From NCBI GenBank assembly GCA_020137815.1, contig CM035352.1, forward strand, positions 7,006,001-7,070,000: a stretch of DNA of 64,000 nt, written 5' to 3'. Of the stretch, positions 54,672-64,000 are shown one piece after another. A model generated the notes under the pieces. The model made no database searches. It was not told where the DNA came from and was given only the letters and a program-made list of their open reading frames with translations. Numbering within the stretch: position 1 is the first letter of the stretch; the number at the start of each line of letters is the position of its first letter. Source of the stretch: Hormiphora californensis (lineage: Eukaryota > Animalia > Ctenophora). Both the position numbers and the translations under genes were made by a program.

Positions 54672-57251
54672 ATGCTTTATGGTCCACCGCCTCCCTCTTC
54701 ATTTTCCCGGCACTCATCCCTTTCCAGTGAATACTACGAGTATGACGCCCTCTCCGCGGTACGAGAGGAGGCAGGGGACGGAGAGGAGCAGGATGGGGTT
54801 GTAATGCCAGGTGGCGAGGTACTGGGGGAGGATGAGGATGAGGGTAGTGAGGAGGAGGATGATGAATATGGGAGACCAAGGGAGTTCTGCTGTTCTATTC
54901 ACTGGTAAGAAGCGTGTGTGTGTGTGTGTGTGTTGGGGGGGGGTTGGGGTGGAGGCAAGGGAGTTCTGCTGCTCCATTCACTGGTAAGAAGCGTGTGTGT
55001 GTGTGTTGGGGAGGGGGTGGGGTGGAGGCAAGGGAGTTCTGCTGCTCCATTCACTGGTAAGAAGCATGTGTGTGTGTTTGGGGGGGGGGCAGTAGTATGG
55101 GAGACCGAGGGAGTTGTGCTGCTCCATTCATTGGTAAGCGTGTGCTTTAGTGCGGGGGGCAGCAGTATGGGAGACCACGGGAGCTATGCTCGTAAGAAGC
55201 GTGTGTATTGTGCAACACCTTGTTCATTCCATTCAATCCATTCATTCTGCTGGCAGTGTCTGTTGTTTAGTTGAACATGATGATGAGCTTCGTACTAATG
55301 TACAAAACTAGGCCAGCCCATTAGGCAAGAGTATAAAGACCAGATCTTCTTCTTCTACTTCTTGCCCCATATATTATGGGTGGATGCTTGGTTGTCTGTT
55401 GTTTCAGGTTTTTAAAGTATTTTAAGGGTTCATAAAATATTCCCCATGCATTGCCACTTGGGGTTTCTGCTTTTATGATACTATTTCTTACATAGTCCTG
55501 GCAAATCCCAAAACCATGATTTCTAAACCGCGCACTCTTTCAGTAACTGCCAATATCAATCAATTGTTGCCTTGTTCGACCCTCCCACAACAATCATTTT
55601 TCCTATTCTGCTAATTTTAAATAAACCCCATTTTTTTCCCCGGGTAGGAGATTAATTTATTGCAGTACTCTTATTTGTATAAAATTACAGCCAATTTTGT
55701 TTTTATTTATTTTCGCTGCAAGCGAACTGATCTTTTAAAAAGGGGTTTTTATTTTTTTTAATTTTGGGAAATTATAAACGCATCAAAAAATTAAAAAAAA
55801 AGGGGCGGAGAGAGAGAGAGAGGAGAGAGAAAAGAAGGAGAGAGAAAAAAGAGAGAAAATTCGTTGAGATAATTCATCTGATAATAAATTCCAAGAGTTG
55901 CTCCTTGTTGAATGAGTCCTTCTTAATTTACTATAACTCAATATTCGTCCTGATAGTCGTGTGCGCCTTATGAGTTGCACGGTAAATTACTGAGTAATGG
56001 CTCCTATCGGTATTATTGCATTCCTAAATTCTCTCTCTCTCTCTCTCTCTCTTCTCTTTTTCCCCCTCTCCCTTTTTCCCCCTCTCGCCCTCCCCCTCTC
56101 CCCTCTCTCTTTTCTTTTGCTTTTTCCCCCCCCCCCCCTTACCTTCTTTCCATATTGTTTTTCTTCCTGGTTCCCCTCTTTTCTCGTCGATGGGTGGTTT
56201 GTAAACGAAAAAAAGGGGGTTTTAATTTGGGGAACTCATTTGGGTTTCGCAAAAAAAAAACTTTACCACCTTCCCCCCCTTTTGCAAATCACCTTCACAT
56301 AAAAAGGGGTTAGAAAAATGAGATGAAAAGAGAGTGAAGAAAATTTGAAAAAGAAAGGGGGGATATTTTGGGGAAAGGGGGGGGGAGAGAGTCATTTTAT
56401 ATTATTGTTTTAATGAGGTTAGAATTGAAAGGGGAAATCACTTTTGGGTCTGTTGGGGGAAACACGTTTGGGGAAATTTTAAGGGAAATTTGTTTTGGAC
56501 GTTTTCACACACACAACACCCCCCATTTCACAAAACCTTAAAAAAAAACACAATGAACAATTTTAGTGACTAAAATTTCAAATAATTTCAACCTCTATAG
56601 AATATGTTTAGCTCTCTCTCACTCTCTCTCTCTCTCCAGAGATCAATTGCCTGCCTTTTGTTTTTGTTCATCCACAGACAATAAAGAATACCTACCCCTC
56701 CAATTTGTATGGCTACCATGTTTTGACCTCTTGTTTCGCTATTTCACTAGGGAAATATATGATATAGGCCATGTTTCGACCTCGGATAAGCTCAATTAAA
56801 GAGGAAAACTCATTGGAAGCTAGCAGTATCACTGATAGGGAAGAAGAGGCTACCACCGATAATTCTGAAGAGGCTACCACCGATAATTCTGAAGAGGCTG
56901 ATCATGCCGCCGATAAGGAAGAAGAGGAGGAAGATAATTTCTTACCAAATATAACGCCTACCATACCTTCCATATCTATAGGAACTGTTATTTTGTCGCC
57001 TTCTGATCTCGAATTGTCGCCGGAGGATGCCATTCTACAGATGAACGAGAGGTGGTAAAAATTAACTTAATTAATTAAGTTAATGAGATTAACTGATTGC
57101 ATGGGAGTTATGCTGCTGTAGACCGAAATATATTTGTTAGTGGGTTTGCGGTGCACAGTGGTATTTTTAGGGGGGATTTGACCTCACACATTCCGACTTG
57201 ATAAAATCCAAGGAATTCCTTCTCTTGACCAGCTGAATTTATTTTAATATC

Positions 57252-57292
<41 letters not shown>

Positions 57293-59802
57293 CTCCCTCT
57301 CACAACACATTTTAACTCATAATTTGTTATTTTCAGTGGTGATTATGAGGAGTTTCAAGAGCAGCAGGGCGCTATGAAACTTCTTAATAGTTTGGAGGCC
57401 TTGGGCACACGGTAGGTACTTTTATTGATTGAGGTGACTTCGTAACCAAATCGATCCCTTACTTGTCACTTACTAAGTTACCACATTTCGGTTCTGTCCA
57501 AGTCCTTCATTTTATTCTAAACTTATTGTGTAACTTCCTGATTTTTAGGAGTGCTCGACGTTTGTCTCATGGTATCCGGCGGCAATCTCAAGTCTCCCGG
57601 ACCTCTGGAGGTCCTCATCGACCTTCCCTTCGGAGTGGATCCCTACAGTTCGGTAAGCGTAGTTTTACTGGCACCTAGCAGTTAGCCAAAAGGAAACCTC
57701 GAAAGATGTACCAGTAAAGGAATTAGCCTCTAGTCTTGCAAACGATTTCTCGGTCAAAAAAGGTTAATTCCATATTTCCGCGAAACTTTGAATTTCGAAC
57801 TTGCTTTAGTGAGTGTCACACGGTTGAGATCTCAACGTGCACGACCAACTTCAGTGTGTCTCCTCCCTATACGTATTAGTCCATACCGGTACAAATAATT
57901 GCAATTATTTGCCTTATATTTCTCAGAAATGGTCTAATTTTTAGCGTTATTTAACTTCTGGTACGTGTGACATTGACAGCTTCGTGTCTGAGATAACATT
58001 TCTAACAACTTTTTGTGCTTTGCCAGTTTTTGACATTCCAACTCTGTCTGACAGATTTCAATGATCCAAATTCGACAGACAGAGAGGCACTGCAGCTATC
58101 AACACATTTCTTTGTTATTTTATCATTTGCTCTCTTGATAACCTGCTGGATTTTATAATTTCATGGCCATAATATAAGCGGATTATAGCAATATCTACTT
58201 TTAATTGCTATACGAGTCGGAGTATACATAGGTAATGGTCAATATACTGAAACTTTAGTTGTTGAAATCTCCGTTTACATCACTCACAAATGAACCTTCG
58301 CCTGGTCAACTATGTATAAGGTCGCCCATAAAAAACAGTCTACAGAGCACTAGACCTATCACACATATCTGTCTCTCAAACAGCCACCCTTTCTAGTTTC
58401 TGAGTTCTCTGTCAGGCCGGGCGTGGTGTACGTGCTATACCGAATTATTTTATAGCATGTTCTGCGGTTTTCGGCTCCGTACCTCTTCCCAAGAAGTGTC
58501 GTGGGACATGGCACCGCAAAATTCAAAACTTTCGTTCTCACACTCACACGGCAGGAGCTCTGTTTAATTTTAGATGCTCCTTCAAAAAATGGATTTTTCC
58601 CAGCAAGACCAAGAATATATAACGTGTTCTTCTCAGCCTGATATAAGAACTGCATACTATATGTATGTCAGCTCTTTAAAATGACATGTTGTCAAAATAT
58701 TTGTCTGTTTTTGTGTGTCTCTTCACCAAATCTGGGTCCAATCACCGTGTCTACAACTGCATGAACATGACGTGAGAGAGAGAGAGAGGAGAGAGAGAGA
58801 GGGGAAAAGAGGAAAAGAGAAGAGAGGCGAGAGAGAGAGAGATGAGACGAGAGAGAAGAGCCCCAGCCTCGGGGGCAGGACGCCGGATCAGGGGAAATTA
58901 ACCGCTTGGCATGGGGCCGTGGCCTCCTAAATGAAACCCCCGTTTGGACCCGGGGGTAAGCCGGGCCCCTTTCCGGCCCCCTGGTTGGTGTTAACTCGCC
59001 GTGAAGGGGAAGGGACCCCTTTGGGGTCCCGGAAAGGGGGGGAAAGGGGGTTTTTTTCCTTCCCCCCCTCCCTTCTCCTTTTCCTCCTATATTCCTTCTT
59101 CTCCTTCTTTTTTCACACGTTTTTGTTCTATACGTGGCGCCCCCCTTGTTCTTGTTTTTTTTTTTTAGTTTGTATCCTTTAATTAGCCCAATTAATACTC
59201 AAACGTCCAGACGAAGTCTTTTGATCTAGAAAGCTACTGTGGTACTAAGTAGTTTTTTACGACGCCATGTTGCTTTGACTTGGAAGTTGGCAGCCACCTT
59301 GCCTGTTAGATTATTCTAAGTTTCTTGCCGATCTTCTGTTGAGACTTGAGATTATTCAATTGATCTGAACAAACCTATTTCCTGATTTAGACTCACTAGT
59401 AGCTCAGCTATGAAGCGACTACTGAAGCGGGGCTTCACAGATACAGACCGGATCAATGCTAACATCGCCCTTGCCAGAGAACTCTACTACGCAGGCCATC
59501 TCCCCGGCAACCACCAAGAAAACTATAAACCCCGTCGGAGCGGCCCTGCTGGACCTAAACAACGGGTCAGGCGGAGTAGTACAGGGAGCATGCCCGCTTT
59601 AACCCAACTAGATCCTCGAAGCAAGGATTACACTCTGCTCATGGATCCACGGAGTGTGGCTATATTAAGGGAGGACTGTAGGATTGAGCTGTTAATTCAG
59701 CCGAATGCAGTGGTGCCCGAACCTGTTAATAGTGCTCCAACTACTCCTGGAGGTGATGCAGATCTCGGGGGAACTGAAGCAACTACATCTACAGGTACTT
59801 GA
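54672..59802 (+). CDS. Unidentified protein with acidic N-termini; alternative first exons 54672-54904 and 56771-~57054; shared exons ~57338-57411, 57550-57652, 59391-59802
   Basis: Open exons bounded by AG/GT with compatible phases where checked; no recognised domain. Confidence 0.5.
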
Positions 59803-60708
59803 GTACGAAATAACCCCTTCACAGCTTCCTGCTTCGCACGCTGGCAAGGTAGGGGTACTGGGTAATTTCACCAGACCGACAGAAGGGTTAGATCATACCA
59901 AATTGAGAGTTTGTTTTGACGGGCTTCTGGCCTCCTGATAACGTAGTATGAACTTGTTGAGTAACCCCTTACTTGTTGGGTAACCCCTTTACTCAACAAG
60001 TGTCAAGTATGAACGATTTAAATCGAGAGCTTGGTCATTTGCACGAGAACGAGATACAGTAAAAACACAGGTCGCTAAGCGGGATTTAAACAAACTATCA
60101 CACTTATAAAAATATAATTGCGCTAATTTCTCGAGAGATGAATATGCTATTCTCTCTCTCCTAATCCCAAGACACAGAATACAGTGGTTTCTGTTTAAGT
60201 TGCAATGTACATACAGGTATTAGTCGAGATTCAACGTAATTACATCTCTCTAATAACACACACACACACTTACTGTATCTTTCTATCTTTGCTACAATTC
60301 CAAAACGTTTTTCATCATCAGTTTAGGAATCCTTATTCTTTGATAAATCTTTTCAACTGAAACTATACTCATGGATGACTGCAAGTCCCCGCTTTCACAG
60401 TAACCGAACAGGGCGTGAGCTCTCCTTGCCCATTTTCAACAATTTAATTTAATTCATGGCTTCTTGCATCTGTCAGTAATATTTGTGGTATTACAGCTTT
60501 GTATAATACCTATATGTGTTATGGTCACAGAACACAATGGCTAATTTCAATACTGTATGCGTTAATACAAGAGTTATGTTGTCATGTTAACCTACCCTAC
60601 CACAACTAAATTTTGTACTATCGTGATACCTGTACTACAAGTACTAGTTTCCTTTCCAATTCTATATATCTAACACAATCAGACTGTTTCCCATGCTACT
60701 AATTCACC

Positions 60709-63700
60709 ATGTTTCGTGCTGCTGCTGTGTTTTTCGAGGGCCGGAGGAAGAGTTTCTTGGTATCATATCGCCATGGCAACAGCAGCAGATCACCAGCCAG
60801 TCTGTATGATGGTAACCGGAAGGGATCAGTCCCCAGGGTGGTCACTGAAGTTCTGTTTGTACCCATTCTAGGTAAGCATGTACTTGACTTTTACTTGACT
60901 TAGTAAAGATACGAGTGAGAATTTTGCAGTTCTGATCAGAATGGTTACCATGCTCTTTCGTCCCCGCTCCTTAAAGCTAACAGATTCGAGGTTCCTCAAA
61001 GCCCCGGAGCTCGAACCTCGACCACCTCCACACACATGAGACATTTTCATTGTCCTGATAATGTCTACAAGCAGTTCCAGTTAGACAACACACACACACA
61101 CACACGGCCACGGAGAGATCTAAATAAGTGATAATGATCCGTTGTAATTCATTTCTTATCCTATGATTATTCAGCCAGTATTTCTGGATTGTCATTTTAT
61201 TCGCTTTCTCTTAGTTCTTCTTTCCACTTCATCATCCCCACCCTTTTTATTTCTTACAGCTCTCTTTCTCTATCCATCGTCTATTTATCTCAATTCTCTA
61301 TGTTATCGTCTTTGCTACATTACTATCATCGATAACCAGCTTCGATTAGCACTGAGTGTCGGTCAAGATCTGGTAGAAAGCTTAAGTTACTCGGTGATCA
61401 GTGACCGATCACGATCTTCTGTGGTCTGTGGATAATATCCTGATCTGAATCCTTGTATCCTAATATCCTAGCTTATAGCAGACACACAGAGAGAGAGAGA
61501 GAGATGATCATCTTTGCATATATATATTGTTTGGGATAATATTGCTGTCATTAGCGTCAATGAGACCCAAGGGAGAGAGAGAGAGAGAGAATTAGAGCTC
61601 CGAGTATGTGTAGTAAACTTGCCGAGAATACATTCCCACGACATCATGCAGGAAACAACAATTAAACCTTCTCACTCTCCTCAATCCTCATTTCTCATTC
61701 CTTAATCTCGAGATAGTTTGCTCCTTTTATAGATAATTTTGTTGAGATAATGTAACAATTCTGCTTGTTCTTGAGACTTGAACCTTCCCCGCTTCAATGT
61801 TTTAGTTAATATCGCCCCCAACTCGGCATTGAACTCATTGAGATTGAAATTTCACATTGCAAAAGTTCGTCACCGGCTGATTCATGTACTACCGGACCAA
61901 AACATTCCACTCGGTGGGGCCTCCAAGCAGCAGACGTCCACACCGTCCGGAAAACCATCGTGCATGGAGCTCCAGCAGGGCCTTTCGTAGTAGATTGTGG
62001 ACTTCAGGTTTCAAGCGCTATAGTATATCATTGCTCGGCCTCTGACTTTTGCTTTGCTTCGGCCTCTCAATAATATCTAGAAATATACTGTTTTAAGGGC
62101 AGTTATAATGAGACAATTGTACCATTAAAAACTTTGTCGTCGTTTAAATGATTTGTGGAAGTCTAACTTTCTTCTTCTCTGCCAGGTACGATCTTGGAGA
62201 TCCCTTCATCAGAGTGGACAGTAGATGAGATCTTGGATGATATCAATCCACTTGGTATCTTCCACTTGATTGTCTTGGCTTTACTTTTCTGTGGTGCACC
62301 ACCTGTACTTGGTTTTCAGGTAAAGTTTACCACAAACAGCGTTGTCTCGCAGCTGTTTACTGTGAACATGGCTGCGCTGTTTGAGTATTTAGATTTTCGA
62401 CAAAAATGATTTGAATATTGGTACGATTTTGGTTGCAATCCTTAATTGCCTAAACTTATCACATCACAGCCATGATATTATGTGACCCATCATTTGTTAT
62501 GTAACATGACCCATATCCAGGATTTTGTACTAAGGACACAATCAGTGGTCCCCAAGTGGCGGTGTCTGGGTCCGAGTTGTGAGAACATCACCGATATTTG
62601 CAAGGCGGACAGGGTCGACTGGGAGTGGGAGAACATACTGGAGAATGCTGTGTCTCAATAATGTTCCTGTCTTTTGTAGTTCAGTGTTGTAGATGCAAAG
62701 TAGTTTGGTAGGGTTTATGGGTCAAATATGCTCTACCCCGATATACCGGGCACCCCGATTTACCGGGCAAAATGACTTCCCCCGAGGATCCCGGTAAATC
62801 GGGGTCCGACTGTATTAATATTTGTGGAATTCTGACTTCCATACTCTTCTTGAATCTACATTCTCTCTCTGCCAGGTACGATCTTGGAGATCCCTTCGTC
62901 AGAGTGGACAGTAGATGAGATCTTGGATGATATCAATCCCCTTGGTATCTTCCACTTGATTGTCCTGGCTTTACTTTTCTGTGGTGCACCACCTGTACTT
63001 GGTTTTCAGGTAAATTTAGGGCTGCGAGAAAACGCTATTTGTGTGTTTAAATTTTAGACAAGAATGATTTGAATATTGGTACGATTTTGATTGCAATCCT
63101 TAATTGCCTAAACTTATCACATCATGATCATGATATGTGACCCATCAATTGTTATGTAACATGACCCATATATCCAGGACTTTGTACTAAGGACACAATC
63201 AGTGGTCCCCAAGTGGAGGTGTCTGGGTCCCAGTTGTGAGAACATCACCGACATCTGCAAGGCGGACAGGGTCGACTGGGAGTGGGAGAATATACTGGAG
63301 AATGCTGTGTCTCAATGGGATATTGCCTGCTCTTTTGTAAGTACCTACACCTAGGTGTTCCGTGCAACAGTACACCTAGCTGTTTAGCATCGGTACAATT
63401 TCACTGTTTTACTGTTTAGCATCGGTACAATTTCACTGTTTTACTGTTTAGTATCGGTACAATTTCACTGTTTTACTGTTTAGTATCGGTACAATTTCAC
63501 TGTTTTACTGTTTAGCATCGGTACAATTTCACTGTTTTACTGTTTAGTATCGGTACAATTTCACTGTTTTACTGTTTAGTATCGGTACAATTTCACTGTT
63601 TTACTGTTTAGCATCGGTACAATTTCACTGTTTTACTGTTTAGTATCGGTACAATTTCACTGTTTGGAGGCTTTTGATTCAGAAGTTCTGATCGCCCCTT

Positions 63701-63918
63701 TCTATAATCACTATTTTGAGACTACACTACTGCATGCACTGTACTGATCGTCATTTTCTATTACAGTCCCGGTCAGTTTTGGAGCTGGTGTTTGATTGTC
63801 CTGGTAGTATTATCGGGGGTTTACTGGTCGCCAGAATGAGTCTTGAAATGGGTCGAAGGTCTTCCTTCCTCATCTTCCTCATAGCATCCCTTACTGTTGG
63901 AACTATGTTATCATCAGG
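60709..63918 (+). CDS. SLC22-like MFS transporter, 5' part (continues beyond the window); exon 2 and most of exon 3 duplicated
   Basis: VDEILDDINPLGIFHLIVLALL, AVSQWDIAC, GSIIGGLLVARMSLEMGRR; putative exon 1 at 60709-60871 is phase-compatible with 62186 and 62876. Confidence 0.65.
62736..62812. mobile_element. Truncated CAGTCGGACCCC-family MITE between the duplicated SLC22-like exon blocks
   Basis: ...cccggtaaatcggggtccgactg|ta. Confidence 0.75.
63381..63665. repeat. 32-bp intronic minisatellite (about 9 units)
   Basis: tgtttag(c/t)atcggtacaatttcactgttttac repeated with no unique spacers. Confidence 0.95.
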
Positions 63919-64000
63919 TGAGTTGACTATCTCTTGAAGACTTAGGTCATGTCATAGCTAGCGGATTGCGGAAGCTTAGGGGCTGAGATTCGGTGCTTGT

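Noticed and set aside
53700-56560. Purine/pyrimidine-skewed, homopolymer-rich tracts (53700-54360, 55600-56560; also 58780-59180)
   Set aside because: Look like low-quality consensus next to microsatellites; no interpretable structure
63381-63665. CRISPR-like array (also 14422-14900 and 48836-49521)
   Set aside because: Head-to-tail units without unique spacers, eukaryotic introns, no cas genes

Overview
Eukaryotic (animal) genomic DNA, most likely from a ctenophore: a near-copy of the ctenophore spliced leader (SL), as I recall it, lies at ~34.9 kb. Introns are short and rich in (GA)n/(CT)n, there are two 100-N gaps, and some segments look error-prone. Host genes read by hand across splice sites: BCAS3 (+, 2035-11881), WDTC1 (-), a PPP1R3-like CBM21 glycogen-targeting subunit (-), two-repeat TMEM175 (-), Tbx2/3 (-), a large unidentified secreted/membrane protein gene (-), an unidentified acidic protein gene (+) and the 5' part of an SLC22-like transporter (+). 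Mobile DNA includes a young full-length Ty3/Gypsy LTR element in a BCAS3 intron, a truncated CRE-type RLE non-LTR element and many non-autonomous TIR elements (Tc1/mariner-, hAT-, Kolobok- and piggyBac-like). Main oddities: (1) a head-to-head SL+exon fold-back palindrome 5' of Tbx2/3; (2) a Gypsy element with in-frame UGA-CUAG gag-pol readthrough, no tRNA-type PBS and a YVDN RT motif; (3) TMEM175 with two mutually exclusive first exons, each encoding the pore helix; (4) a TSD-flanked, circularly permuted, inverted concatemer of a hairpin-rich 485-bp unit; (5) repeated duplications and insertions straddling splice sites. Exon boundaries and family assignments come from manual reading and remembered motifs, not database searches.
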